A stretch of DNA of 64,000 nucleotides from contig OX597823.1 in assembly GCA_951406725.2 (NCBI GenBank), forward strand, positions 23,746,001 to 23,810,000. Direction: 5' to 3'. The notes beneath the pieces were generated by a model. It ran no database searches. It was not told the origin of the DNA and was given only the letters and a program-made list of their open reading frames with translations. Source of the DNA: Octopus vulgaris (Eukaryota). The position numbers were made by a program, and so were the translations under genes. This document shows, in pieces, positions 39,347 to 53,284 of the stretch (position 1 is the first letter of the stretch; every line of letters begins with the position of its first letter).

Positions 39347-39529
39347 GTCTGTAGAATTTTTTCCATTTAACTTATTGTGTGTGTCAGTGTATACTTATAT
39401 GTAATGTGTGTGTATGTAGATATATCATCATCTTTTAACATCTGTCTACCATGCTTGAATAGGTAGGAAGATAGACATGAGCTGGCCAAGTCAAAGACTA
39501 GCCCCGATTACTGTGTCAGTTTTGGCAGA

Positions 39530-39589
<60 letters not shown>

Positions 39590-39742
39590 GTAGCAAATAA
39601 GAAAATGGAGGAGAATAATAGGTGGTTCATCAACTTTTAGACATTAAATTATGTTAACTTATTTATTTACTAAACTGATAATTAGTAATATATAAGGATA
39701 CCAGTAATTATTATAATAAACATGAATATAAATTGGTAAAAA

Positions 39743-39865
39743 CTTACAACTGTTTCAGCCAGTAGATAAAAATACCTCACTCTAAATTTATTACTCATGT
39801 GAATTGAGGTAATAGGTAGATGAACATGAGGTACTTGTATATATCTCTAGGCTTTGTCAGAGATT
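39743..39865 (-). ncRNA. Type I hammerhead ribozyme, degenerate (G8A)
   Basis: Minus strand aatct-CTGACAA-AGCC...tacctca...tgaggta...GGCT-GAAA-CAGTTG-TA-AG; same family as 3242-3372. Confidence 0.6.
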
Positions 39866-40559
39866 ATAAAGTACAAATGTTAAGTTATAATACATATAAA
39901 TATAAAATAAACAAAATACACACACATTTGAATATATATAGATAGAGATACAAATATACATACATATATAGATATACATAACTACTTATATATATATACT
40001 GAAATATACATACACATCTACATCCATAAGCATATATAATATTCAGTTATTACTAATATTATTAATATTAGATGTATTCTGTTATAGATAGTATATATAA
40101 AATAATATAATATATAAACAGATATTTATGAAAGTTAAAAGGATAGCAATTTTACATTCAGTATATCATTATATAATACAGTTATTACAGTTATGTCAAA
40201 ACTATTTTGCATACACATGAGGAATGTATATATGCATATGCACACATACATATACACACAAACATATATATGTGCATATAATTTTGTTTTCCATTTAAAA
40301 GTACTATGTACATACGTATTATATGTTTTTGAATGTGGGATAATTTGCAGACTAATTTATATTTATATATAGAGAGAGAAACATAGTAAACTTTCTTCTC
40401 CATTGTTTATTATTATTTCAGTAGTTTAAATCTTGCGGGGAGTGGGGAGGGATTATTTTTAATCATTTACTTAATCTAATTGGTTAACAATTTGTATATA
40501 TATATATAGATAATAATATTAGGGAGTATAACTCCAAACTTAAATATATATATATCAGG

Positions 40560-41035
40560 TATTGAAGCCATCCTCATCATCAAAATACAGGTTAGTCAGG
40601 TCTCTGTCACATATGAGTGATATCAGAATTCTGAAGCAACATCGCTTTGGCCAATTCTCAACAGGAAGGTCAGTTGGGAGGCTACTGTTGTGCTTCAAAG
40701 ACAAACAAAAAGACTATATGAAGCAATGCGACATTCCCTTTTCTCCCTGGGAAAACAAAGCATCAGAAAGCAGGGCCTGGCACCAGTTCTGCTTTTCCTC
40801 AGTTAAAAGATTTGAACAAAGTGAACTCTAACACCAGGACCAGCTTCCTCTAAATGGAAACCTTGCCTGTCAGTGTGGTTTTGTGGAATGAAATAAAGCA
40901 GGCCTTGCCACCCACTCAAGAAAACATAATGAATGAGCACAAGCACTCATGTAAACTAAGTCATCAATCTGTATCATTTGCCAAAAGATTTGCAAGGTAC
41001 CATCTGACCTCAAAAGACACATTCGCATCCCTATA
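40560..41035 (+). mobile_element. Decayed 3' part of a BovB-type RTE LINE
   Basis: SHMSDIRILKQ..FGQ....RSVGR....FKD..K..MKQCDI....WE..A..SRAW resembles the RTE/BovB C-terminus. Confidence 0.6.
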
Positions 41036-41088
41036 ACATGATTAACACTTTACTAAAACTTCATTTGTCATTGACAGCACACAAATCT

Positions 41089-41122
<34 letters not shown>

Positions 41123-41129
41123 TAGATAG

Positions 41130-41217
<88 letters not shown>

Positions 41218-41438
41218 CTTTAGTTAGATTGTTTGATAATTTTATAGATTAATACTTGAATGTTTGTGAGTGATTGATTGATTGAGTTAGTGAGTGTGAT
41301 ATTTATAAAATACAGAAAACTTAATTAATATTTTCCCTGATCAAAACTGAAGTCTTTGTAAGTTGCTCACACACACATGTATACACTCAAATATTTACTC
41401 ATTTGTACACATACAAACATATTTACTTGTGCATACAA

Positions 41439-41522
41439 GTAACTACATATAAGTTAATGATATACATGTAACTACATATAAGTTAATGATACACATGTAA
41501 CTACATATAAGTTAATGATATA
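41439..41522. repeat. 29-bp tandem repeat x3
   Basis: gtaactacatataagttaatgatatacat repeated. Confidence 0.85.
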
Positions 41523-42340
41523 TTCACAAATATAGCAATTTGTGAATATGTACAAGTGCATCTGTGTATAAATATCCAAATTGCCCCCAAGTGAAAGAAA
41601 TCGTCAACTACTGATGAAGCATCTATGTTTAATTATAATTTTGTCTCTCTATGTTTATTCATTGTTGTTTTATGATAGAGTTTGAGCATTCGTAAAAAAG
41701 AAATATTTAATGCAACAGTTCCAGTCTGGGATATGTTGTCACATGTCCACTTAACAAAAGTTTTCTGTTTATTTCTTTCCTTATTTTCTGTTGCATGTGT
41801 ACCCTCAATCTTTTGCAAAGCAATGATCCCATCTGTCTGAGAAAGTTTTGCAAGCATCCATAGCATATTATAGCATAAATTAAATTTGGCGAGTTGCAGT
41901 ATATTTTCTTTTATCTTGAAAACTTGTCTATCCTTAAATTTGAGTTCCAAACCTTCAGTTAAGTATAGACATATGCTATAATTGATACTAGTAATGAAAA
42001 GTCTAACTCTGAGTATATCTAAATATCACCTTCAGAAGATTTAAAACTCAGACCATTTACTGCAGGCACTGCAATGGAAAGACAAAGCTAAGCGATTTTT
42101 AGGACATATTACTATGACCATCTTTAAAGCAAATACAGTGTTTTATACAAGATGATTTGAATTCATTTAATCACCAAATATAGCGAACCAAAGAACATTT
42201 ATTGTTTCATTTCATGTTATTAATCTGTACACCAATATTTTCCATACTTATGGAATTAATGCAATAAAATATTGGTTAGATGCATCTGAAGCTGCATTTC
42301 TAAGCTGCATTGGAAACATGCTTTATCATTGAAAGTTTAA

Positions 42341-42553
42341 CCATTTAATATTTAAACCAGCCATATCTGGTCATTATTTTTTTAATGTTCAAACTGGCCA
42401 GATGCAGCATCTCACACCTACCCTACAATGTCATTCTAACAATAAACAATCACATCATTGAAATCTCAAAGCTCTGAGATAATGCACGATTAATTCAAAA
42501 CATTGTGAATAAATAAGGATTATATTTGAGAGAGTAATCTGAATACTAAAGGA
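42341..42553. mobile_element. piggyBac-type MITE
   Basis: Flanked by TTAA on both sides (42337-42340, 42554-42557) with degenerate TIRs ccatttaatatttaaa / tctgaatactaaagga. Confidence 0.55.
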
Positions 42554-42599
42554 TTAAGATTCATGCTATAAAATTATTACTATTTATATGATAATTTAA

Positions 42600-43120
42600 T
42601 GTACCATCAAATATCTGTGACTGTCATGGGGACCAGAGTTGCCCCCTGCCTATGCCAACCTAGTAATTAGTTACCGTGAGATGAAAATTTAAAAAGAATC
42701 TATTCATATATTTAGAAACTCATTCTACATGTATCTAAAAGAAAACTGGAAAAGATACCAAGATGACTGTTCAATTCTATGGCAGAAGGATCTGAATAAA
42801 CTAATGAAATTTAGGATTTTAATAAATAATATAAACAGCAATATTAAGTTTACAAAAGAATTCAGTTTCTAGATATTTTAATCATGAATAAATATGGAAA
42901 AACAAAAATGGCTATCCTCTACAAACCCATGAGTCCCAAACAGTACTTCTTTGCATCCTCATATCCTAAACATACAAAGGCAAGCATACCCTTTAATTTA
43001 GCAAAAGGGAGTTGCACAGTTGTGTCCAACATTACATGATTAAAAAGATAGGAAGAACTAAAACAACAAATACTAATTCAAGCACATTCTACATGGAATA
43101 GAAAAGGCAAAATGATTAGA
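42600..43120 (+). mobile_element. Decayed Penelope-like reverse transcriptase fragment
   Basis: Across frameshifts: MGTRVAP.YANLV, WKRYQDDC, FLDILI, LYKP..PKQY...SSYPKHTKASIPFNLA, which are typical PLE RT and thumb motifs. Confidence 0.7.
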
Positions 43121-43149
43121 ACCCCATCATCTTATGATCATGACCATGG

Positions 43150-44960
43150 CCATCATTATCGTCATCAACATCATCAACGTTGAAGGTCTGTTTTCCATGC
43201 TGGCATGGGTTGGATGGTTTGACATGAGCTGGCAAGCCCAGTGGCCAATTATGTTCCATTGTCTGTTTTGTCCTGGTTTCTACAGTTGGATGCCCTTCCT
43301 TATACCAACCACTTTACAGAGTGTACCGGGTGCTTTTTATGTGGTACCAGCACCAGTACTTTTTACTTGACTCCAGCACCAATGCTTTTTATGTGGCACC
43401 AGCACCACCAATAATACTTTTTACATGGCACCTTGGCTTTAGGATCTCAATTCTATTTTGGCATGCTGGTCTTCCTGACTACAGCAATGTGCCATATATC
43501 TCTCTCCTCTGTCATCTTTTTCGTAATGCTCAACATTTTGAGATTGGCCTCCTATATACTTCATTGTATATCTTCTTGAGTTTCCCTCTTCCACAATTTC
43601 CCTCTATTTCAACTGGTCAACAATTCTTTACACAACTGTCCTCACCCATTCACATCACATACACAAACAAGTGCTGTCTTCTTTCTTTTACACTGCATAT
43701 AATTCATCTTATGCCCAGCTTTTCTCTCAATTCACCACTGCTCTGTCCAACATATACACTGACATCACACACCCAACAGAGCTTACAAGCTTCATTTCTT
43801 TCCAGCTTTTGCATGTCCCCTGTATTCAGGTCCCATGTCTCACTGCCATATAACTTTGCAGTTCATACACATGCATCATACAATCTTCCCTTCACTTGGA
43901 GATAGGGATATTTGGTTGGCAACTGCAATGAAAGAACTCTGAATTTTCTCCATCCTATGTTCTTGCAATAACATGTTCTGTACAACAACTTCTACAGCTA
44001 ATTAGGTCAACTAGGTAGCAAAAGTTATATATAACTCCCAGTGTTCCACTGGGACATTTTACAAGGGTCAGTTTCCTGTGTATCTGTTGTCTTTATGCCT
44101 CCTGTACATCTTCCACATTTAAATTCTACTTTCTCTATTAATCTACCTAGTATTCCACTACACCTCCTATGTGTCCATAGCTTGCACAGGGTGCACTGAA
44201 TGCAGTTTTTCCAACACCCTTCATACATATCTAAAGGGTGATGGATCTTGTGTGATTTTTTGCATACTAGGACCTTGGTCTTTGGTCTGTAAAGTTTGAG
44301 ACCCTTTGATTCCAGGTTCTCTTTCCACGCCTGGAATGTCTTTTCTAATTCTGTTACATATTCTGCCATGAGGGCAAGATCATCAGCATATATTACTTCC
44401 CATGGGCTTCCAGTCTTAAATTCCTCTTTTATGGCTGGAGGACAATGATGGATTGCAGAGGACTGAGAACCATGTCTCGGTGAACACATATATGTACACT
44501 AATTTCGTCACTGTATGCATAGTGTAAATGTCAAACAATGGGAGTGAGTGCTTAACACCACATTGGTGAATCTGTAGAAGGACCTCATAAAATTGTTTGT
44601 CCTGGTCATCAACCAGCTTAGACAGTGTATCATAGACAGATATAAATGTAACTGTTAATTTATCTATGATTATCTCAGCTCAACTTCACTTCTCACAAGT
44701 ACTGTCTACCACAGTTACCTTGTCTACCTTATATTTCCATAAAAAATATGCCTATACCACACCTACCCACCCTATCACTTCTGCCTACTCTGAACGATTT
44801 GAATCACTGTTTCTTACCTTTGCGGAATCTAGACAAAGATACCCTCTGACTTAATTCTTGCACACCATACATGTCTAAATGCCATTGCACCAGCATTTCA
44901 ATAATCTCACCACTTCTACCTTTCATTGTGTTAACATTGGTGGTGGTAGCCCTGAAATTG
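43150..44960 (-). mobile_element. Decayed RTE LINE fragments
   Basis: EEFKTGSPWEVIYADDLAL, CIQCTLCKLWTHRRC, APE start TTNVNTMKGRSGEIIEML..VQE; RTE 3' terminus at ~43160-43330. Confidence 0.85.
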
Positions 44961-45049
44961 TAAACTTGGGAGGTACATTGGGATAACAGTTGTGGAACTT
45001 TTTCCAACACTTGATTAAAAGATATGCACATATGTATATCACCAAATAT

Positions 45050-45500
45050 TTCTACCATCTTTGGGATTGCAACCAATTTGGTGTTGAGAATAGCAACACA
45101 GAGTGAGTTGCTACTCTCAGCTTCTCTGCTGTGGTCAGTTTTGCTACACATATAACATCTGGTGTTCCTTCCCTCCACAAGCATCTGCTCACATTTGTGC
45201 AAAACAGAAAACATCTGGGATACTATGAACTTTTCCTGAAGCAGTCAAATCTTGAACCTCATTGATGTTCCTGTTCTGTTTTGTTAGGGATTTGTTTTCA
45301 TACTTATTATCTCCCCATGCTCCTCTAGCATTGCCATTACTTTGACCTGGTCCCTATGAAGAAGTATGTTTGATTCTGACTTTGGTCACATGATGTTCAA
45401 TGTGCAAGGGAAGCATCATAACTTCAGAAAAGCTGGTCTCTGTAGCTTCCTCTTCATTGCTGTAGATAGCTATCACAAACCCATATTGCCTTCCTATCAG
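45050..45500 (-). mobile_element. Tx1/L1-like ORF1 remnant
   Basis: MLVEGRNTRCYMCSKTDH matches the zinc knuckle of the 14.6-18.9 kb element. Confidence 0.55.
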
Positions 45501-46342
45501 ATATACACTATGGAGGGTCACACTTCAAGACATTTTTTATTTCAGTTTGGGGTGGCTATTCTGGCTTTGTTTCTGTGTGGTTGATGCACTAATGAATTAT
45601 TGTTCTTGGTGCAAATCATTTCCTCTGCTGGAGTGGTATGATGCCAGATTGGATAATGAAATTATGATATATTTTATGACTTCCACTTTCTCTTGTTGTA
45701 AATGGGTGATCCACTTGTTTGTAATACTTGTGAAGGATCTGTTTTCCTTTGAGAGTGTTTTATCGTTACTGTTGTGGTTGCTGATGCTGCCCATGTAAAA
45801 ACCATTACTGTTGTTTTCCTTGTTGATAGTGCTTTATCAATCAGTGCCATTGTTGATGCTGTTACAACTGCTGATGATACTACTGTTATTGAGGGAGTTG
45901 TTATGGGTCATGCTGGTATGAATGGTCTTGCTATTTCTAATGGCAGTGATGGTATTATTGTTTGTAGATCTTTTGTTAATGTGAATGGGAGTGGTGACTG
46001 TTTTCTTTGGTCAACTACTAGGACTGGGGTCATTCTAGAATGAGAATGCTCATACATTTTTTCCTATGACCTCTCCTCTATTTAAACCTGTGCTTTGAAA
46101 ATATATATCTGGGAAAGTTTTCAGAATGAGCAGAACACTTGTTTTGTGATTGAAAGAGGGTGAAACATTTGCAAAAGACACTTGGATGCATTCTGAAAAA
46201 TAATAACTACAATTTCAGTAGGCAAAAGCATCAAAAGGAAGGCAAATTTAGAGAAAACTCACCAGTGATGTTTCAAGCATGGATTCTATGTATGATGTAA
46301 ATAATAATAAAAAAAAAATGATAATAATAATAATAATAATAT

Positions 46343-46826
46343 AAAAGATGGGCTACAGCAAATATTCTGCTCAATACCACAGATTTGCTTGTCAGTTGTT
46401 TGACGTTAACCAGTTGAGCATGTCCCTTAGTGGCTGACGATATGTGCATCTCTGATCACGAGCAGAAGTAGTGGAGGAGCATCATAGCCGTGTGTTGAAA
46501 GGAATTCTTGGAGGTTTGGATAAGTCACCTCTGGAAACATGGGTGGTTCATTCAACTTCCTTAAGCAATCCTTATTCAGGGACCTTTTGAGTGGGATGGG
46601 CTACTCGAACAGAAGAAAATTCTAACTGGGCCCCACCTGCAAGGTCATGCGCCGTTTATCTTGATATGAAATCACCATGTCGCGCACATATGGTTGTGAT
46701 GTATGTGCCTGGTGTATCCTTATCAAACGGGTAGTCATGATGGGTATACTGGGCTTCGTATATTTTACCCCAGTGTCACTTTGATGGCATGCTCTGCTCT
46801 CTCACTCAATAATAATAATAATAATA
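46343..46826 (+). mobile_element. Non-coding retroelement-like repeat bounded by (TAA)n
   Basis: GC-richer ~470-bp block between two (TAA)n tracts, with no ORF; the family assignment is inference. Confidence 0.45.
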
Positions 46827-46929
46827 CAAATGTAAAGACAGACCACTTACAAAAATCAGCATTGCTTAGAACTGCAAGATTTCTTCGTAAGGTTCTTGAA
46901 GCCTGACCAGTCGGAAATATTGTGAGTGC

Positions 46930-47395
46930 TGGTTAATCTGAAGTGACTGCAACACTTGTTCTTAATTACAACATAGTCCAGCATGTGCCAGTGACCAGAT
47001 TGGGGATTATTCCAGGTTTTTTTTGTATTTATCTGCATATTGAAACACTGTATTTGTGATTGTTAGACCTAACTGTTGAAAAAAGGACAGTAGTCATTAA
47101 CCGCTTTCATTCATCATTCCTGTTTTCCTATTACTCTTGATCGCACTGTATGTTTGTTGCCTATTCTGGCATTAAAATCACCCATCAATATGATTTGTTA
47201 TGCTATGGAATTTTACTGACAGCTGTCTACAGTTTGGAGTAGAAGATGTCTTCCTCTTTACATTGATAATAGGCATAGATGAGGATTTACTTATTGGGAT
47301 ATGAAATATCATGAGTCACTCATCAACAGATTGAGAGATGGATGGCAATTTGCAAAGCAGAGTTGATTTAATAACTTTGTTTTAACTGATAAGGG
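46930..47395 (-). mobile_element. Decayed APE endonuclease fragment of an RTE-type LINE
   Basis: TWNNPQSGHWHMLDYVV, ILMGDFNARI and FYSKL motifs on the minus strand. Confidence 0.65.
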
Positions 47396-47429
47396 CTTCT
47401 GTCACCCATCACATTCTATCGTCCAAATA

Positions 47430-48499
47430 GACTAGACTCTGGTGCATATTGATTCCACTGCAGATGCTGATTGCCTGCATGTGAAGAGAGCAAATGAAGG
47501 AAGAGGACTGATATGTGTGGAAGCCTGCATGCGTATCGAATTTGAGAGCTTAATGAGATACCTAGCCCAAAGTAAGGAAACCTTGCTAGTGACAGTTAGG
47601 AATGACAGAGTATTGAAAGCAGAAAGAAAAAGGAAAAACAAAAGAGGTGCAAAAAGGATCTGAAGAAGAATTATGCAAGAAGGAACTATATAATCAATTC
47701 CATATAACTACAACAGAGGTAGTTGGAAAAAAGGTGGAATTGGCTGATGAAAGGAACACTAAAAAAGAGACCAAGAGCACTATGCTGGCAGTGCAAGACC
47801 AAGCTTTGACCATGAACTGGTGGGTCAAAGTTAAGAATGAGCAAGCATCTCTGCTGTATCTGCAGTAGAGTGGATGATACCATTGCCCATATCATGAGTG
47901 AATGCCTTACACTTGCCCAAAACCACTACAATTTGTGGCAACATGATCAGGTAGTGAAAGTTCTACATTGGAAACTGTGCAAAAGGTGGGGGTCTAGATA
48001 GAGGTAAGGCATGAACTGCAGAGAGTGGCAGAGTCAGAGTCTAGCAATATACTCTGGGATTTCATAATCGAAACAGATCAGGCGCTAGAGCATAACAGAC
48101 CAGATATAGTGGTGGTGCACAAGATGCACCACATATGGTATATAGTTGATATTGCATGCCCCTTTGACCCATGAATAGTCAAGAAGGAAGATTAAAAAAT
48201 AAATAGATAGATAGAACCCTCTTAAGTATGAAATAGACTGTCTATGGAAAATGAAGGTGAAGTTTGTGCTAATTATTGTTGGGTCCTTGGGAACAATATT
48301 AGAAGGCATCAAGGAGAATATAAAGGAAATTGGAGTAGAGTGCCTAGTAGAATTAATACAAAAGGTCTGCCTCCTTGGCATAGCCAGAATAATAAATAGC
48401 CAAAAAGAACAGATAGCATGGTTCTGTAGGCTGCAGGTAGCAAGCCCTTTATGCATGAAAGACTCCAGGAGCTCCAGCAAAACCTGTGATAAAGAGAAA
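47430..48499 (+). mobile_element. Decayed R4/Dong-like RLE non-LTR retrotransposon, 3' half
   Basis: LHVKR..EGRGLICVE, ETKSTMLAVQDQAL, HIMSEC..LAQ..Y...HDQV, ILWDF.IETD..LEHNRPDIVV, IVDIACPFD, LIQKVCLLGIARII (zinc knuckle + PD-(D/E)xK endonuclease). Confidence 0.8.
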
Positions 48500-48501
48500 T
48501 A

Positions 48502-49768
48502 TTGGGTTTTCCGGAAATTTCATGCCGACTTATAGTTGCTTACCTTTCGACTTATTTTAGAAGATCGTTGAGTTCTTAAAATAGGATTTGACTACACAGT
48601 TTAAGCTATCTTTTTGTGGAAGAAGGTTTATGTTCCTATAACCTGTGTTAATTCTATAACCCTTTAAAATGGAAGATAAGAAAGTTCATTTTCGGCACTT
48701 GATGCTTTTCTTTTTCTGTAAAGGAAAAAATGCCTCACCAGCAACCAAAGAAATGTGCACAGTTTACGGTGATGCTTCTTTATCCAAAAGAACTCTGCGG
48801 AAGTGGTTCGCAAGGTTCCAAACTGGATATTGTAGCCTTATTGATAAAGAGCAATCAGGCAGACCATCCACTACAGATGATGACCAAATCAAGTCATTAA
48901 TTGAGAATAACCCACATTGCAAAACCCGAGAATTGGCAGAAAACCTCAACCTATCAAAATCCATCGTTCATGAGTGCCTGGTAAAGATTGGGTACACAAA
49001 TCACTATGATGCTTCGGTACCATATGAGTTGAGGGAGAAGAACTTTTTGGATCGCATTTCCATCTGTGATTCCCTTTATAAATGGAATGAAAACATGCCT
49101 TTTCTAAAGCAAATTATGACTGGTGATGAGAAATAGATTATCTACCGAAATGTTCAGAGAATACGATCCTGGAGTAAGTGACATGAGCCACCCTTAGCCA
49201 CCCCAAAAGCAGGTCTTTACCCTAAAAATGTCTTGCTGTGTGCCTGGTGGGATTGGAAAGAAATTCTGTACTATGAGCTTCTCCCAAGTAACCAGTCAAT
49301 TAATTCTGAGAAATACTGCTCACAACTAGATGAGTTAAAAGCAGCAATTCAAGAAATGTCCAGAATTGGCCAACAGGAAGGGTGTTGTTTTCCAACATGA
49401 TAATGCAAGACCGTACATTTCTTTGGGAACCAGACAAAAATTGCTGCAGCTCGGCTGGGATGTGTTATCCTACCTTCCTTATTCACCAGATATTGCTCCT
49501 TCAGATTTTCACTTATTTAGGTCTCTACAGCATAGTCTTAATGGTAAAAATTTCAATTCTGTGGCTGACATAAAACGATACCTTGATAAATTCTGTACCA
49601 TGAAACCACCTCAATTCTGGGAAGAGGGTATTTTGAAATTAAAGGAAAGATGGAGATGCATTGTGCAACAAAATGGTTCATATTTGGTTGATTAAAAATG
49701 TAATGGTAAGTATTTATTGACCGTTTTCTTTCCTTTGAAAATCAGCACAAACTTTCCAGACAACCCAA
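48502..49768 (+). mobile_element. Full-length decayed mariner (DD34D) transposon
   Basis: TA at 48500-48501 and 49769-49770; imperfect TIRs ttgggttttccggaaatttcatgccgactt / aaatcagcacaaactttccagacaacccaa. Transposase 48669-49695 has TGDEK, HDNARP and YSPDIAPSDF, broken by stops and a frameshift. Confidence 0.95.
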
Positions 49769-49799
49769 TAATAATAATAATGATAATGACAATAATAAT

Positions 49800-50880
49800 A
49801 TGGAGTTGGAATTGTAGACTGGACTGGAAATGATAGCTCACCATCCAAATCTGATGTCAACCAACTAGACTTGAGGAGAGACCAATTTGGAAGAGGTTTA
49901 TCAGCAATAGAAGAATGTGTACAGGCAGAAAGAAAAAGAGTAGTAGAGTATTTACAGAGCAGCACAGAAAAACTACCAAAGACATAAAGTACAGGTGATC
50001 AAATACATAACAGGAGAAAAGGACAAGAATGAAATACAAAGAAAGCAACTCAGACAGATTGAAGAAAAACTTCTGCATGGCCAGTTTTGGAGAGCCACTG
50101 AAAATGTGTGTGGAATAAAATCCTGAGCTTGCTTAAAAAATTAGCAATTAAAAAAAGAAACAGAGAGCCTAATTTTAGCAGCCAAGATCAATCGATGAAA
50201 ACAAACAACTTGAGCAAAAATGTATATGGAGAGAATGTGCCAGAAAAATGTAGAGGCTGCAGAGCTTGGAATGAGACATTGTGGCCCAGGAAGAATATAA
50301 GGAATGAAGGCACAACCAGATTGTAAAAGTTATAAACTGGAAACTGTGTCAGAAGTGGAGATTTGAAGCTGGAAGCACATGATACATTCTTCAAGTCGAA
50401 AGAGAACTGGAGTCAGAGAAATGTAAGATTTTGTGAGACTTTGCTATTCAGACAGACAAGAAATTAGAAAATAATAGACCAGACAAAATGATTGTAGATA
50501 AGGAAAAATGAAGTTACATACTTAGCGACACATTATACCCATTTCATTTCAGGATCATAAAAAAAGAGTAAGAAAAGCATTTTGAAATAGGAAGAATTTG
50601 GGTCATGTGAACAGTAAAGGCCATGTCTATAAGGACTTGTGCATTGGGGATAGGAAGCCATGGTATAGACAAATGGCTGAAGGAGATTGAATCAGAATGC
50701 CTGGTAGAGCTCCTACAGAAAGTTTGTCTCTTAGGGGACAGCAAAGAATATGAAGAGGGTTTTAAGCACATGAAAGACTGCTGAAAACTTTTGGATACCT
50801 AAGGTTAAATGTAGTAACCTGCTATCCACATAATTCCAACCAGGAATAAGACTGACCCAGAGCTAGAAGAGGAGAAATAA
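49800..50880 (+). mobile_element. Second decayed R4/Dong-like RLE element ending in (TAA)n
   Basis: GRGLSAIEECV, ETESLILAAQDQ, C..C, DFAIQTDKKLENNRPD, LLQKVCLLGTAK; (TAA)n tail at ~50877-50937. Confidence 0.75.
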
Positions 50881-50884
50881 TAAA

Positions 50885-50936
<52 letters not shown>

Positions 50937-50939
50937 TTG

Positions 50940-52365
50940 ATGATGATGATGATTTCATTTGTTTGCCACAAGGGCGAAGGATGAAGGAGACAATACAAAG
51001 ACAGACACAAAGTGTTGGGGGTTACAGATAACGAAATGATAAAAAAAATGGAAGTAAGTATACATGGTGTACACTTAAAAACAAGGGTCATATGCATAGC
51101 ATACAAAGGTTAAAAAAGAATGTGGCAGGAAAAGTGATGCAGATGTGGCCCTCCTGATACAGGAAGACCTCTAGGGATAGTTGAGGAACCCCATTCTCCA
51201 AGAGTTCCTTGAAACCTCATGAGCAATGCCCTCTCAAATTCCTTCTCTCTGACTTACTGATCTACACTGAAAGAGGTACCATCCACTCTCAACATTTTCA
51301 CAACTTTCACCCACCTTTCTGGTAACTCAGTTGAGGACAGCACTTCCCCCTCCATTCTCAATTTCATTTTCAAATGAAACTTGAAGAAGTCAATGAGAGT
51401 TCTACCAAAGAGTAATGTATCCATCCTCATGCCTTTCAGCCTTGTCCACCAACTAACCTCTTTTCCACAGCCTCCAGGCAAAAGAAAACTGCCTTGCTTG
51501 TCCAATTGAAGGTGGGTGATAGGGCAATCATCACTGCAGACTCAGCCAACAGACGGATCTGTTCGACATGTGAAAGCAGCTGTTCGACATGTGAAAGTAG
51601 CTGTTTGACATAACCCCCACAAGTTAGCAATGCCTGGACACTGAACGAGTGCATGCAGAATGGTTTTGTCACTTTTGGTGCACCTCAGACAAGCCCATCT
51701 GACAGCACATCCATATCTGTAGAGTTTCTCTTGAACCAGTAGTGCCCCCTGGTAGCACTGCCAGGCCAAGGACGACTGGAAATTATCCATGACAGTTCCT
51801 AACTACAAAGTCCTCCAGAACAGACTACACATTCATTTACGTTGGCACCTAGAGTCTCCCTAAGGACGACATCACACTTCCCTGTTTCTAATCCTCTATA
51901 AATTTCTAAAGTGAATCCCATTGCCCATGTGGTAAAGGGCTGTGAGTGCCTGGCGATATTCCATATAAGAGACTCTCCAACCTGGTCAAGCAGTTACTGG
52001 GACATGGCACAACAGTCAGGTGATAAATGATAAATGGACGTGATGTAGGCATTTGCCACATCTGCCTGACCTTTTAGGGACAGGTACCTCTCAACCAATT
52101 TCTGGGTAAGACTGGCCATTCTGTTTGCCACCTCATCCCAGTTCTTTTCAACCTGCAGATTGGGATCAAACTAGACCCCAGGCAGTTTAACTTTTTCATT
52201 GGTCCAGCATATGATGGTATTGTCCTGCTTCTCTAGGATCCCAACCACAAACCTACCAATTTGTCAGCGCTGATTTTAACCCCCACAACTGACTGATATT
52301 CTTTTAGGATGGAGTCAGCCATTTCTGCTTCGGAATATTCCGATACCATGTTGGTGATATCGTAC
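50940..52365 (-). mobile_element. Decayed Tx1/L1-like LINE 3' fragment
   Basis: MDNFQSSLAWQCYQGALLV...CLRC..SDKTILHALVQCP is homologous to 18730-18900; WDEVANRMASLTQKL...YLSLKGQA matches the 18.1-kb region. Confidence 0.8.
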
Positions 52366-53284
52366 ACCTTTCCTTTATAGGCATCAGGCTAGCAATTTTG
52401 ATGGGTAGAATTTAATCGATTATGTTATTCCCTGTACTTTACTGGTAATTACTTTAAGGGCCCAAAAGGAAGAAAGATAAATTTGACGTATGTGGCCAGA
52501 ATATAATATTAGGTGCTTGTGTGCACCAAGTTTGGGCAAATCCAAGGCAGGTTCACTTAGATTGCCTGAATTAGATGTAGTCATAGTATCCAACTTTAGG
52601 TAGGGACACCACTGCAATCTGTGCACTATTTGTGCCTTGAAACCCAGATGTCCAACCCTGGAGTTTCAGCCCATTAAATGTGTTGATAACAGACCCAAGG
52701 TATGTGGGGTGGAGTATGACAGTTTCATCACATTCTTATTGAAAATCTACTGGAATCTCTGCTTGCCTGGGAAGTTTTTCTTAAAGATCTCAAACTCCCT
52801 GGCCAGCGAATTTTTCATTGATTTGCTGAAGTGGAGGAAAAGACATTAAAGAGGAATCAATCACTTACCATAGTTTTGGGTTGGTCTTTTTTGGGGGAAA
52901 ACAGACTGGAGGGTAGGATTTACATTTCTAGAGGGGAATACAAACAATGTCTGAACCTAGGAGCAACATACTAGAGTTTGCCTAACTTATGCATCCACCA
53001 GCTCCTTGAACATTCCTGGCACTATCAGCAAAGGCAAGGCAGTGGCCTGTCCCACTAGTGGCTTTACCAGCTACACCATTTTTATCGCCCTCTCCATCTG
53101 GTATGTGCCTCCAGTGTGTATCAACTTAGTTGTTGCTTGTCTCTAACTTGTACTGTTTTACCAATTGCCTGATGATGTGTTTGCTGTATAAGCTTCATCT
53201 ACTGGTTACATATGTAGAGAGGCATCATGGATTACCAAATATTGAAACAGATATAACAATTGGAATGAAAGATTACCAAGTTAT

